Source: a phage
Strand: one strand, 5' to 3'
DNA: 47,731 nt
Sequence record: PZ445407.1
Below, in pieces: positions 8,764 through 19,033 of the stretch; position 1 is the stretch's first letter, and each line of letters starts with the position of its first letter. Below the pieces are notes generated by a model. The model made no database searches. It saw only the letters and a program-made list of their open reading frames with translations, and had not been told where the DNA came from. The position numbers and the translations under genes are program-made.

Positions 8764-11739
8764 ATGGCAACAAATGAATTAGCCGGAATCACACTAGCCG
8801 TAGATGTCTCGCAAGTGGACAGGGGCACTCAATCCCTGCAAAAGTTCAGACAGGCTAACCAACAAGCGGCCTCTGGGATTAGTGAGTTCGTTGATGCCGA
8901 GAAGGTTGCAAGAATCCAGGCGAGAGACACCGCTAGATCGCTAGCGGAACAGCAAGCGTCACTAGCTAAGTTGCAAACAGCGATTGATCCAACAGCTGCA
9001 AAGTTCCGAAAACTTCAGGAAGCTGCCGCCGCTTTGGACAAGGCTTTCGCCGCTGGAGTGGTTCCTGATGAGGAGTTTTTCCGCTTAGGCGAGGCACTTG
9101 AAACGCAGAATGCAAAGCTCGCTCGCTCTCGCGCAGCTCTCACTGAAGAGGGTAGGGCAGCGGCTCAAGCAGCAAAGGAGAAAGCGAAAGCACAGGCGGC
9201 GGCGGATAGATTTATTGCATCACTTGAACGCCAGGCTCAGGCTGCAACATTGACGCGCGAGGAGTATTTAAAGTTACAGGCAGCACAGCTTGGCGTTAGT
9301 TCTCAGGCCGCGCCTATTATTGACAGAATCGCCGAAGCTTCAGAGAGGGCTAATGTTCAATTAGCGAACCAAAGCAAGGCCTTTCAGAAGTCAGGGCTAA
9401 GCGCCGGTCAATACAAGAATGCCATTAGCCAGTTGCCAGCACAGATTACAGATATTGGAACATCACTTGCTGGCGGCATTCCGATTTGGCTTATTGCAAT
9501 TCAACAGGGTGGGCAGATCAAGGATGCATTTGGCGGTATTGGTAACACCTTTAGGTTTGCCCTTGCTGCGCTAAATCCTTTTAATGTTGCCGTTGGTGTT
9601 CTTGGTGGTGCCCTTGTAGCTCTCGGTGTTGGTGCGGCTCAGGCTGAAAGTGAATTTAGAGCATTAAACTCTGCGATTGCATTCTCAAACAACTCGACAA
9701 TTACGTCAATCTCGCAAGTTAGGCAGTTAGTTAGCTCTGTTTCTGATGCCACTGGCGCCACCAGGGGCCTTGTGACTAGCATCGCAACAAGCCTTATTGA
9801 GCAAGGAAACCTTACGCTAACGCAGATTGATAAGATTACTAAATCAACCGCGAGATGGGCGCAGTTGACAGGTAGGGATGCGAAGGAGATTGCTGGTTAC
9901 TATAACCAGATTGCAAGCGACCCAATCCAGGGTTTAGTTGATTTGGATAAGCGATTTAACTTCCTCACGCAGGGGCAGTTGACGACAATCGAGAACCTGA
10001 GAAAGACAAGGGGAGAAGTTGAGGCTGTTACCGCTGCTATTGATATTTTCAGTAAGTCGCAGGAAGCCAACCTTAACGACATTGCAGCACAGTTAACTCC
10101 GCTTGAGTTAGCCTGGAATGATTTCAAAAAGTACATCTCTGATATCTGGGATGCAATTAGCCGTAGAACGGTTGGGGCGCTAAACCTGTTTGTTGACGTA
10201 ATAGCTGGAACCATTGAGCAAATTAGGGTCTTCATTAACCAGGGCGATGTGCTGATTGGTGAATTCGTAATTAGTGCAACGCAGGCATTGCAGAACATTC
10301 CTGGTCTTGATGGTGTTGGTGATGATGTTATCAAGAGTCAGCAGAAGATTATCGATGCCGCTAAGAAGCAAAACCTTGAGCTAGAAAAGTCTATCAGGGA
10401 GCGAGATGCCAGAATAAGAGAAGGGGAGCTTGGTTACGTTACTCGCAGAGAAAATCAGAACACCAATGAGCAATCAGGTACTGATGAGGAATTTGCAAAA
10501 AGGAAGAAGGCACTTCAGGATGAGCTTGACGCGATCAAGAAAAACAGGAAAGAAGAAAATGGTAGGGTTAAAGAGCAAAGAGACCTAACAATAGGTTATG
10601 AATCTGGCGTTCTGGCGCTTCAGGCTCAGCTAAAAGTTCTTCAGGAAAACAGGGATATCGGCGCAGTAATAAGTAACGAGCGCAAGCAGTACCTTCAGGA
10701 AGAGGCTAAATTCAGGATTCTTGAGCAGAGACAACTTGATGGCTCAATAACCAAAGAGCAGGCAAGGCTTCTCATTGAAAAGGATAAGGTTCTTGAATTG
10801 GCAAGGCAGAAGGCTGAGCTAGGTGATCAGATTGTTTTGCAGGAGCGAGCCAATAAGTTAGCTGAAGATAACAGGAAGAAGATTCTTCAGATTAACAATG
10901 AAGCAAACAACATTGATTTAGGCGCTGCATTGTCATCTCGCGAGCAGCAAAGACTTAAAGAGATTCAGGCTCTTGAGTCCAATCAGGTTAACGCTGGTGG
11001 TTCTCTTGAAGACGTAGATTTTCAGCAACTCCTCGAAGCAAGACGTAATTTTTATGCTCAGGAAGATGCGCTACGTGAAAACTGGCTTGCTGGCGTGAAT
11101 CAATCCTTTGCTGACTGGGCTGAGAGCGCTACAGATGCCTTCTCAATTGCTGGAAGTTTAACCACCACCGTATTTGAGGGTATTACCGACCAGATTACCA
11201 ACCTGGTAACAACTGGTGAGACTAACTTCAGGGAATTTACCGTTAGCATTCTTAAGCAGATTGCTAAGATTGCAACCCAGCTTCTTATTGTCAAGGCTAT
11301 TGAGTCCAGCTTAAGTAGCTTCGGTGGTACTGGTGGCGCTATTGGTTCAATTGCTTCTGGTTTAGGGTTCGCTAGCGGCGGCTACACTGGAGATGGTGGA
11401 AAATATCAGCCAGCAGGCACGGTTCATCGTGGAGAGTTTGTATTCACAAAAGAAGCGACAAGCCGAATTGGTGTTAAGAACCTTTATGCATTAATGAAAG
11501 GTTACGCAAACGGTGGTATTGTTGGTGGTACTTCTGGTTATGCTGGTGGCGGATTGGTTTCTGGTGGCCCTAATGTTGATGTTAGCGGTATAACTGTTAA
11601 CGTGAACTCGGGGGTAGGTAGCGACCCAGAGCAAGCTAAGGCATTGCAAAGTGGCGTCAAGGCAATCGTAGCGGAAGAGATTGCTCAGTCCTTCCAGCAG
11701 GGTGGGCGAGCTTATCAGTACCTTCGTGGATTCAACTAA
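8764..11739 (+). CDS. tape measure protein
   Basis: 991 aa, long coiled-coil-rich middle, Gly-rich C-terminus, preceded by chaperone pair. Confidence 0.8.
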   Translation: MATNELAGITLAVDVSQVDRGTQSLQKFRQANQQAASGISEFVDAEKVARIQARDTARSLAEQQASLAKLQTAIDPTAAKFRKLQEAAAALDKAFAAGVVPDEEFFRLGEALETQNAKLARSRAALTEEGRAAAQAAKEKAKAQAAADRFIASLERQAQAATLTREEYLKLQAAQLGVSSQAAPIIDRIAEASERANVQLANQSKAFQKSGLSAGQYKNAISQLPAQITDIGTSLAGGIPIWLIAIQQGGQIKDAFGGIGNTFRFALAALNPFNVAVGVLGGALVALGVGAAQAESEFRALNSAIAFSNNSTITSISQVRQLVSSVSDATGATRGLVTSIATSLIEQGNLTLTQIDKITKSTARWAQLTGRDAKEIAGYYNQIASDPIQGLVDLDKRFNFLTQGQLTTIENLRKTRGEVEAVTAAIDIFSKSQEANLNDIAAQLTPLELAWNDFKKYISDIWDAISRRTVGALNLFVDVIAGTIEQIRVFINQGDVLIGEFVISATQALQNIPGLDGVGDDVIKSQQKIIDAAKKQNLELEKSIRERDARIREGELGYVTRRENQNTNEQSGTDEEFAKRKKALQDELDAIKKNRKEENGRVKEQRDLTIGYESGVLALQAQLKVLQENRDIGAVISNERKQYLQEEAKFRILEQRQLDGSITKEQARLLIEKDKVLELARQKAELGDQIVLQERANKLAEDNRKKILQINNEANNIDLGAALSSREQQRLKEIQALESNQVNAGGSLEDVDFQQLLEARRNFYAQEDALRENWLAGVNQSFADWAESATDAFSIAGSLTTTVFEGITDQITNLVTTGETNFREFTVSILKQIAKIATQLLIVKAIESSLSSFGGTGGAIGSIASGLGFASGGYTGDGGKYQPAGTVHRGEFVFTKEATSRIGVKNLYALMKGYANGGIVGGTSGYAGGGLVSGGPNVDVSGITVNVNSGVGSDPEQAKALQSGVKAIVAEEIAQSFQQGGRAYQYLRGFN

Positions 11740-11769
11740 TTAATGGGGCTTCGGCCCCTAAGGATTTTT

Positions 11770-12120
11770 ATGGCAATTGATACATTTACCTGGTGTACTC
11801 AGATTCAAGGTGGCTCAGCCTCCTTTAGTAACACGAATAACGTTCGCATAGTTAGCTTTGGCAATGGTTATGAACAGCGTGGGACTGGCGGCTACCGAAG
11901 CAACAAGCGAAGTTACCAGATGACCTACACTAACAAGGACTGGCGTAATGTGATGGATTTCTGTTTCAACCACATCATCACTCCATTCTTCTGGACTACG
12001 CCGCAAGGTGATACGTCAATGTTTGTGATCCAGCAGGATAGCATTAGCGTTACACCACTCAGTAATGAAGTTCAGACTGTAAGCATGCAATTCGTGGAAG
12101 TCTTTAGCTCAATGCGTTAA
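11770..12120 (+). CDS. minor tail protein (lambda M-like, putative)
   Basis: ATG 11770; ~116 aa immediately after tape measure. Confidence 0.5.
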   Translation: MAIDTFTWCTQIQGGSASFSNTNNVRIVSFGNGYEQRGTGGYRSNKRSYQMTYTNKDWRNVMDFCFNHIITPFFWTTPQGDTSMFVIQQDSISVTPLSNEVQTVSMQFVEVFSSMR

Positions 12121-12121
12121 A

Positions 12122-12164
12122 TAGCACTTTTTGCTAAACAGTATTGACATGGATGTCGTATATT
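12122..12164 (+). promoter_or_regulatory. palindrome-type promoter (TAGCA-N5-TGCTA, 22 bp, TATATT)
   Basis: Direct read. Confidence 0.55.
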
Positions 12165-12194
12165 TAATTCAACAAAACGAGAGGAGGATATGAT

Positions 12195-12569
12195 ATGAAG
12201 GCTATTTTTAAAGGATCTGCTGGTAGTGAATTCCTGGTTAAGCGCAACTTTACAGTTGGCAAGGAGTATGATCTGGAAGATGCCAAATTCGGTTTTTACA
12301 TAACTCAGGATAATCAAGGCAAAAGCTTGATTTTTCAGAATGGAGTTGATTACACATTTGATTTAGTTGTTGCTGATAGCTTTATCAAGAGCACTGTATG
12401 CGAAGATTCAGGCAATGAGGTGGTAAAGCGCAATGAGAACAAGATGGTCTACCGAATGAATGGTGTAGATGTGACTTGTGACTACTTTAGCGAAAAGCTG
12501 TTAGAGGTTGAGTTACTTAAAGCTAAAGGCGTTTCGGTATTTATCGACTTCGAAGTTAGTTTTGAATAG
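12195..12569 (+). CDS. hypothetical protein, moron-like; paralog of 72..449
   Basis: Own palindrome promoter and terminator, inserted within tail module. Confidence 0.5.
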   Translation: MKAIFKGSAGSEFLVKRNFTVGKEYDLEDAKFGFYITQDNQGKSLIFQNGVDYTFDLVVADSFIKSTVCEDSGNEVVKRNENKMVYRMNGVDVTCDYFSEKLLEVELLKAKGVSVFIDFEVSFE

Positions 12570-12588
12570 TTAAGGATGATGTTAAACT

Positions 12589-12617
12589 AGGTCAATCGAG
12601 AGATTGGCCTTTTTTTA
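12589..12617 (+). terminator. rho-independent terminator after moron 12195..12569
   Basis: ggtcaatc-gaga-gattggcc + TTTTTTT. Confidence 0.55.
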
Positions 12618-12629
12618 TTGGAGAAAATC

Positions 12630-13385
12630 ATGTTAAGTCCAAAGTTTGAAAATCAGTTGCAAAGCCTTTTCCCTGGCGAGATTGTAACTCTAATCCAGGT
12701 TGACGGCACGTCCTTCGGAAGTCTCGTTTACAATTTCCACAATGAGAACATTTCATACACACCTGAAGAAATCATGCTAGCCCAAATGAATGGTGAGCCA
12801 CTACCAGAGAAAACCATCACCTTTCGTGGTGAAGAGTACGGCCCAAGACCTTTTGGAATCTCGGGCATAAATATGACCTCTGACGGCAAGGCAAACAAGG
12901 TTACGCTAACAGTATCAAACGTAGACCAGCGCATTAGCGCATTGATTCGCACATACAACGGACTTGTTAAAGCTAAGGTTACCATCTGGATTACTACGCG
13001 AGATAACATCAATGAAGACGGAAGCATTGCTGATGGGGATTATCGCAGATTCGTTTACTTCATTGAGCGACCAAAGCAGGTTGACTACAAGACGGCATCA
13101 TTTGAGCTAAGCAGCCCGATGGATATGGATGGTATTTACATTCCTGCTCGACTTGTTCAGTCTGTTTGCTATTTCGCCTCTAGGGGTTGGTATCGTAGCG
13201 GTAATGGTTGCGCTTATGCTGGAAACAGATACTTCAACAAGGATGACGAGCCAGTATCAGACCCTTCATTAGACTTCTGCGCAGGAACTGTTAACAGTTG
13301 CAAGCTTAGATTTGGTGAGAATAATCAGTTAGATTTCGGCGGTTGCGCTGCAGCAAGCCTTCAGGCTAAAGCTAATCAATCATAG
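12630..13385 (+). CDS. minor tail protein (lambda L-like, putative)
   Basis: Cys-cluster near C-terminus (CYF..GNGCAYAG..CAGTVNSC..GGC); RBS context identical to portal (ttattggagaaaa). Confidence 0.55.
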   Translation: MLSPKFENQLQSLFPGEIVTLIQVDGTSFGSLVYNFHNENISYTPEEIMLAQMNGEPLPEKTITFRGEEYGPRPFGISGINMTSDGKANKVTLTVSNVDQRISALIRTYNGLVKAKVTIWITTRDNINEDGSIADGDYRRFVYFIERPKQVDYKTASFELSSPMDMDGIYIPARLVQSVCYFASRGWYRSGNGCAYAGNRYFNKDDEPVSDPSLDFCAGTVNSCKLRFGENNQLDFGGCAAASLQAKANQS

Positions 13386-13430
13386 CACTTTTTGTTAAGA
13401 GGATGGTCCAGACTTGGGCTATCCTATAAT
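13383..13430 (+). promoter_or_regulatory. palindrome-type promoter variant (TAGCA-N5-TGTTA, 27-bp spacer, TATAAT) for HNH gene
   Basis: Direct read; spacer longer than family norm. Confidence 0.4.
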
Positions 13431-13452
13431 CTCTTATATTGGTGGTTAAAAT

Positions 13453-13935
13453 ATGAATTGGAATGATTACTTTAGATATGAAAGCGGCAACCTATACTGG
13501 TTGACAAAGAGAAAGGGAGTTAGAGCAAGTGGACTTGCCGGCTATTCAAGGAAGGACGGTTATGTTCAGGTTAGAGTTTCAGGAAAAGCCTTCCTTGCGC
13601 ACAGAATTATATGGGAAATGCATAATGGATTGATACCAGAAGGCATGGAGATAGATCACATAAACCACAACCCAGGAGACAATTCAATCGAAAATCTTAG
13701 GGTCGTCACATGCAAAGACAATCAAATGAATAGACCAATCAGGCTGTTGAGTAAAAGCGGCTTTAACGGTGTCACTTGGCACAAAAAATCAAAAAAATGG
13801 CAGGCAACGGCAAGAGTTAATGGAAAAACAAGATACTTCGGTCTGTTTGATGATCCAATCGATGCCTCAAAGGCAATGCGTTCATTTTTTATGGAAAATA
13901 ATTTCCATCCAAATCATGGGGAAAAACGATGTTAA
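13453..13935 (+). CDS. HNH homing endonuclease
   Basis: H-N-H motif region (GMEIDHINHNPGDNSIENLRVVTCKDNQ); free-standing with own promoter inside tail module. Confidence 0.7.
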   Translation: MNWNDYFRYESGNLYWLTKRKGVRASGLAGYSRKDGYVQVRVSGKAFLAHRIIWEMHNGLIPEGMEIDHINHNPGDNSIENLRVVTCKDNQMNRPIRLLSKSGFNGVTWHKKSKKWQATARVNGKTRYFGLFDDPIDASKAMRSFFMENNFHPNHGEKRC

Positions 13936-14687
13936 CACCAAAAGTTAAACTAGAAATCTTCCAGCACGCAAAGGAAGTTTACCCGCACGAATGCTGTGGG
14001 GTTGTCACACAGAAGGGTCGAGCCCAGAAATATCACAGAATCACCAATGCCAGCAAAGACCCTGAAAATGAGTTTATCCTTGATTCAAATGAGTATGCAG
14101 ATGTTCTCTTTGAGTTAGCTCACAATGAATCTATTGTTTATGTAGTTCACTCTCACACTGGTGACGGTGCCACAACAAGACCCAGTCCTGCGGATATCTG
14201 TAGCTGTAATGAATGCGAGATTCCTTACGTTATTGTAAGCATTCCTGAGGGAGACATGCGGATTCTTGAGCCATCAAAAATGCCACTGATTGGTCGGCCG
14301 TGGGGTTTGGGTAGCTTTGATTGCTGGGAGTTGGTTATGGCATTTCACAAGAAATACGGCGTCAAACTGAATGACTATCGCGTTAATTACCCGTGGTGGG
14401 AGAAGAAGTACGGAGAAAATATCTATGATGACAACTGGATTAAGGAAGGTTTTGATCTGGTAAAAACTTCGGATATTCCTGTTGGCTCAATGATTATGAT
14501 GCAGGTGCAAAGCGAGGTTACAAACCACGCCGGAATCTACATTGGCAATAACAGGTTCATCCACCATCTCTATGGTAAAATGAGCTCTGTTGATATCTAC
14601 TCCGATTACTGGCGAGAGCGCACCGTGAGAATCGTTCGTCACAAGGATTTACCAGAGGATGTAATTTATGACCCAGAAACTGATTGA
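13929..14687 (+). CDS. tail assembly protein (lambda K-like, peptidase-like)
   Basis: Conserved Cys/His residues (HECCGV, HSH); position between L-like and I-like genes. Confidence 0.55.
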   Translation: MLTPKVKLEIFQHAKEVYPHECCGVVTQKGRAQKYHRITNASKDPENEFILDSNEYADVLFELAHNESIVYVVHSHTGDGATTRPSPADICSCNECEIPYVIVSIPEGDMRILEPSKMPLIGRPWGLGSFDCWELVMAFHKKYGVKLNDYRVNYPWWEKKYGENIYDDNWIKEGFDLVKTSDIPVGSMIMMQVQSEVTNHAGIYIGNNRFIHHLYGKMSSVDIYSDYWRERTVRIVRHKDLPEDVIYDPETD

Positions 14688-15240
14688 TATTAAGTTAGGC
14701 CTGTCTCTAGGCCGTAAGTTTGGCAAGATTCACCAAATGGCGGTGAGTAGCGTGCCAGAGGCTATGCGAGCGCTTTGTTCTCAGATTCCAGCATTCAAAG
14801 AATTTATGAACAGTCATGTTGGTCAAAATACTAGATATGCAATTTTCGTTGATGGCAAAAATGTGAATGAACATAGAATTTCTGATTTCAGTGCCGTTCA
14901 GGAGATACGCATCTTACCAATACCTCAAGGTCGAAAGTCTGGCGGTTTGTTTCAGACAATACTAGGCGCCGCGCTTATCACGGTTGGCATCTTCACTGGC
15001 CAGATTTATCTTGTCGGTGCTGGTGTATCTTTGGCTGCTGGTGGTATTGCGCAATTACTTTCACCACAGGCAACTGGTTTGAAGACCCAGGACAACCAAA
15101 CAAGCAACCGCGCATCATACGCATTTGGCTCTGCTGTTAACACGGTAGCTGCTGGTTATCCGGTTTGCTTACCTTATGGATATCGAACGGTTGGCGGATC
15201 CGTGTTTAGTGCCGGATCGTATAGTGAAGACATTGCTTAA
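14668..15240 (+). CDS. tail assembly protein (lambda I-like, putative)
   Basis: Overlaps K-like gene, precedes J-like gene; hydrophobic C-terminal segment. Confidence 0.5.
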   Translation: MTQKLIDIKLGLSLGRKFGKIHQMAVSSVPEAMRALCSQIPAFKEFMNSHVGQNTRYAIFVDGKNVNEHRISDFSAVQEIRILPIPQGRKSGGLFQTILGAALITVGIFTGQIYLVGAGVSLAAGGIAQLLSPQATGLKTQDNQTSNRASYAFGSAVNTVAAGYPVCLPYGYRTVGGSVFSAGSYSEDIA

Positions 15241-15248
15241 ATACCATA

Positions 15249-15270
15249 CCCGCCTAGTGCGGGTTTTTTA
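15249..15270 (+). terminator. rho-independent terminator
   Basis: cccgc-ctagt-gcggg + TTTTTT. Confidence 0.55.
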
Positions 15271-15320
15271 TTTAGTGTAGAATGGCGCAAATGATCAAAA
15301 CAAACATGAGGCTTTGTGAT

Positions 15321-18300
15321 ATGGCTGAAGAGATTAAGATTTATGGTGCTAAAGGCGGTAGCCAGAAGCAACACCAACCAGTGGAGCAGGAAGATAACCT
15401 TATTTCACTTAACAAGGTTAAGGTGTTACTTGCGGTTGCTGACGGAGAGGTGGACCCTAACTTCTCATTGAAGGATTTATACCTTGCTGACGTTCCGGTA
15501 CAAAACCAGAATGGCACATACAACTATGAAGGAGTTCGAGCCGAGTTTAGGGCTGGTACGCAGTATCAGGATTACATCGCTGGGCTTGATGGTGCAAACT
15601 CGGAGATTCAGGCTTCAAGGGAAATCACAAACGATACCCCGTACATCATTGCGGTTAACAATACTCAGCTATCAGCAATTCGAGTTAAACTCTTTTGGCC
15701 CAGACTAGTTAAGCAAGAAAGTAACGGAGACCTTGTTGGAACTACTTGCGAGTACGCAATTGACCTGTCTGTTAATGGTGGCGCTTACCAGGAATACACT
15801 CGGGGAGTTGCTAACGGCAAGACAACTACAGGTTACGATCGCAGCATTCGTGTAAACCTTCCTGCTGAATTTGATAGCGCACTGGTTCGCATCCGCAAGA
15901 TTACAGCGGACTCAACGAGTAGCACACTGGTAAACGGAATGCAAATTACAACCTATCAGGAAGTAATCGACGCTAAATTTCGCTACCCTCTTACGGCTCT
16001 GGTTTATGTTGAGTTTGGTTCTGACCTTTTTCCTAACGGGATCCCGACAATCTCAATCAAGAAGCGCTGGAAGCTAATTCAGGTTCCGACAAACTACAAC
16101 CCAGAGACCAGGACTTACAGCGGCACATGGAATGGCCTGTTCAAAATGGCATGGTCAAACAACCCAGCCTGGGTTCTTTATGATCTAGTGACAAATCGCC
16201 GCTATGGCCTTGACCAGCGAGAGTTGGGTGTAGAGATTGATAAGTGGGGGCTGTATGAAGCGGCGCAATTCTGTGACCAGATGGTTCCAGATGGCAAGGG
16301 TGGCTTAGAGCCGAGATACCTTTGCGATATGGTTGTTCAAAACAAGGTTGAGGCATACACACTAATTCGTGATATCTGTTCAATCTTCCGTGGACTAACT
16401 TTCTATGATGGCGAAAAGATTGGCATCGTTGTTGATAAGCCTCGCAATCCATCATACATCTTCACGAATGATAACGTTGTAAACGGATTATTCAGCCGCA
16501 CATTTGCCAGCGATAAGAGTCTTTACACTACCGCGAACGTACAGTTTGACGATGTGGAGAACAACTATCAGCAAGATGTTGAGCCGGTATTTGAACTGGA
16601 AGCAACTCGCCGATTCGGGTTTAATCCAGTCGATCTTACGGCAATCGGATGTACTCGCAGAAGTGAAGCAAACAGACGCGGCAGGTGGCTCCTGAAAACA
16701 AACCTGAGAAGCGAAACTATCAGCTTCACTACCGGATTGGAAGGCATGATTCCGATGATTGGTGAGGTTATCGCGGTCAACGATGCAGCATGGTCGAGCA
16801 ACTATCAGTTAAACCTTTCCGGTCGTATTGAATCAGTGCAGGGATTGCAGGTTTTTACACCGTTTAAAGTTGACGCGGCGCCGGGTGACAGAATTCTTCT
16901 GAACAAGCCAGACGGGAGCCCGGAGGCGAGAACTATTGCAAGCGTTTCGGAAGATGGTAGGACGATTAACCTGAACACGGCGTTCAGCTTTGTAGCTCAA
17001 CCTGATACTGTGTTCGCAATCGATAAGGACAATCTGGCGCTTCAGCAGTATGTTGTGACCGGGATTCAAAAAGCAGATTCTGACGGTTCGGATTCATTCC
17101 AGTACACAATTACCGCTGTAGAGTATGACCCAAACAAGTACGACGAGATTGATTATGGCGTAAACATTGTTGACCGCCCAACTTCAATTGTAGAGCCTGA
17201 CAGATTGTCGCCACCTGAGAATTTAACAGTATCAAGCTACAGCAAGATTGTTCAGGGCTTATCAGTTGAGACGATGGTGATTGGCTGGGACAAGGCGCCA
17301 TACGCTAAAACCTACAATGTTCAGTGGAGGAAAGAAAATGGCAACTGGATTAACGTACCAAGAACAGCTAGCACAGAGGTTGATATCGAAGGTATTTACG
17401 CAGGAATCTATGACGTTAGGGTTCGAAGCGTATCAGATACTGAAAACGTGTCTGCCTGGTCTGACATTGTAACGGTATCGCTAACTGGCAAGATTGGTCG
17501 CCCGTCGGCACCTACAGTTATCACGGCATCAACTGATGAAGTGTTTGGCATCCGTGTTAAGTGGGGATTCCCTGAGGGCTCTGGTGACACTGCTTACACT
17601 GAACTTCAGCAGGTTCCTGATAATGGTGATGGTACTTATAATCCTGATAATGCAAGTTTACTTACGTTACTTCCGTATCCGGCCTATGAATACTGGCACA
17701 CGCCAATTCAGCCTGGCAAGGTTATCTGGTATCGCGCAAGATTGATTGACAGAATCGGGAACACCTCTGATTGGTCTGATTTCGCGAGAGGCATGAGTAC
17801 TGATGATGCCAACATAATCAACGATTACATCAAGGTTGATATTGAGGGTTCGGAAGGATTCAAATATCTCGAGCAGAATGCGATTCAAAAGAACCAGGAT
17901 GTTCAGAACCAAGCCGAGGCAATTATCGAGAACGCATTGGCAAACGATACTGATGTTCGCCGCATGACAAAGGAGAATGGCGCCAGAAAGGCTGAGTTTG
18001 TTCAAGCAGTGAATCTCATAGCTGATGAAACTCAGGCGCGTGTAGAGGCTCTTACGCAGCTTAAGTCACAGATTGATGACGAGATTGTTGGTCAGATTAC
18101 AATGATTGAAACGGCGCTGGCTACAGAGACTGAAGCTAGAGCAACGGCTGACACTCAGCTATCAGCAAGGATTGGTGATAACGAGGCCGCTCTAAACCAG
18201 AAGCTGGACGCATTCTCTAACGCAACATCAACCGGTGTGCAGTACGGAATTAGTCTTGGCCTGAAATACAATGGACAGACTTATTCATCCGGTATGAGCA

Positions 18301-18677
18301 TGGAGCTTGTTGGAACTGGTGATAATGTTCGCAGTCAATTCATTTTTGACGCAAACAGATTCGCAATCAGTAACGGCATTGGTTCTGGTTCCGGTCAGTG
18401 GCAACTCCCCTTCGTTGTCGAGAACGGAAACGTAATCATCCAGAGCGCGGTAATCGGCGATGGCTCAATCAGTAACGCGAAGATTGGAAACTTTATTCAG
18501 TCCAATAACTATGTAGCTAACACTACTGGATGGAGACTTGATAAAGGCGGCACATTCGAGAATAACGGGTTCACACCTGGTGAAGGTAGAATGAAGCAGA
18601 CTAACCAGACAATTTCGGTTGCTGATGCTAACGGAAGGCTTCGTGTTCAGATTGGTCGTTTAACTGGAGTGTACTAA
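15321..18677 (+). CDS. tail tip / central fiber protein (lambda J-like host-specificity protein)
   Basis: ~1119 aa; N-terminus resembles J-type (YGAKGGSQKQ, FRAGTQ); ATG 15321 after gagg. Confidence 0.75.
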   Translation: MAEEIKIYGAKGGSQKQHQPVEQEDNLISLNKVKVLLAVADGEVDPNFSLKDLYLADVPVQNQNGTYNYEGVRAEFRAGTQYQDYIAGLDGANSEIQASREITNDTPYIIAVNNTQLSAIRVKLFWPRLVKQESNGDLVGTTCEYAIDLSVNGGAYQEYTRGVANGKTTTGYDRSIRVNLPAEFDSALVRIRKITADSTSSTLVNGMQITTYQEVIDAKFRYPLTALVYVEFGSDLFPNGIPTISIKKRWKLIQVPTNYNPETRTYSGTWNGLFKMAWSNNPAWVLYDLVTNRRYGLDQRELGVEIDKWGLYEAAQFCDQMVPDGKGGLEPRYLCDMVVQNKVEAYTLIRDICSIFRGLTFYDGEKIGIVVDKPRNPSYIFTNDNVVNGLFSRTFASDKSLYTTANVQFDDVENNYQQDVEPVFELEATRRFGFNPVDLTAIGCTRRSEANRRGRWLLKTNLRSETISFTTGLEGMIPMIGEVIAVNDAAWSSNYQLNLSGRIESVQGLQVFTPFKVDAAPGDRILLNKPDGSPEARTIASVSEDGRTINLNTAFSFVAQPDTVFAIDKDNLALQQYVVTGIQKADSDGSDSFQYTITAVEYDPNKYDEIDYGVNIVDRPTSIVEPDRLSPPENLTVSSYSKIVQGLSVETMVIGWDKAPYAKTYNVQWRKENGNWINVPRTASTEVDIEGIYAGIYDVRVRSVSDTENVSAWSDIVTVSLTGKIGRPSAPTVITASTDEVFGIRVKWGFPEGSGDTAYTELQQVPDNGDGTYNPDNASLLTLLPYPAYEYWHTPIQPGKVIWYRARLIDRIGNTSDWSDFARGMSTDDANIINDYIKVDIEGSEGFKYLEQNAIQKNQDVQNQAEAIIENALANDTDVRRMTKENGARKAEFVQAVNLIADETQARVEALTQLKSQIDDEIVGQITMIETALATETEARATADTQLSARIGDNEAALNQKLDAFSNATSTGVQYGISLGLKYNGQTYSSGMSMELVGTGDNVRSQFIFDANRFAISNGIGSGSGQWQLPFVVENGNVIIQSAVIGDGSISNAKIGNFIQSNNYVANTTGWRLDKGGTFENNGFTPGEGRMKQTNQTISVADANGRLRVQIGRLTGVY

Positions 18678-18724
18678 GTGATAGAATTGGCAAATGGATT
18701 TGCCTCTTTCAATTGGAGATAATT

Positions 18725-19033
18725 ATGGCTGAGTATGGAATTGCAACATATGATGCAAATGGTAATTACAATAACTATGGGATTAAGCCAGTGACGGTTG
18801 TTGGTGTTGTTAAACTCAATGAGGGTCAAACGTCCGGATCTTATACTTACAGCATCCCTTCTGGATACAAAGTTGGTTACTTTATAACCCTTGATTCCGC
18901 AAACACGCCAAACAATGGCAGGAACATAAGTGCGTCCGGCAACTCAATAACAATAACACCAAGCAATTCAACAGGACCAAACTACTACGCGGCAAGCGAG
19001 TGTGAAATGGTCGTTTATTTGGAGAAAGCATAA
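18725..19033 (+). CDS. hypothetical tail-associated protein
   Basis: ATG 18725 after ggag; N-terminus (MAEYGIATYDANGN) parallels the next gene. Confidence 0.4.
   Translation: MAEYGIATYDANGNYNNYGIKPVTVVGVVKLNEGQTSGSYTYSIPSGYKVGYFITLDSANTPNNGRNISASGNSITITPSNSTGPNYYAASECEMVVYLEKA

Noticed and set aside
15341-18005. Short minus- and plus-strand ORFs nested inside the J-like gene
   Set aside because: All are out-of-frame overlaps within a long, well-supported CDS with no independent expression signals.
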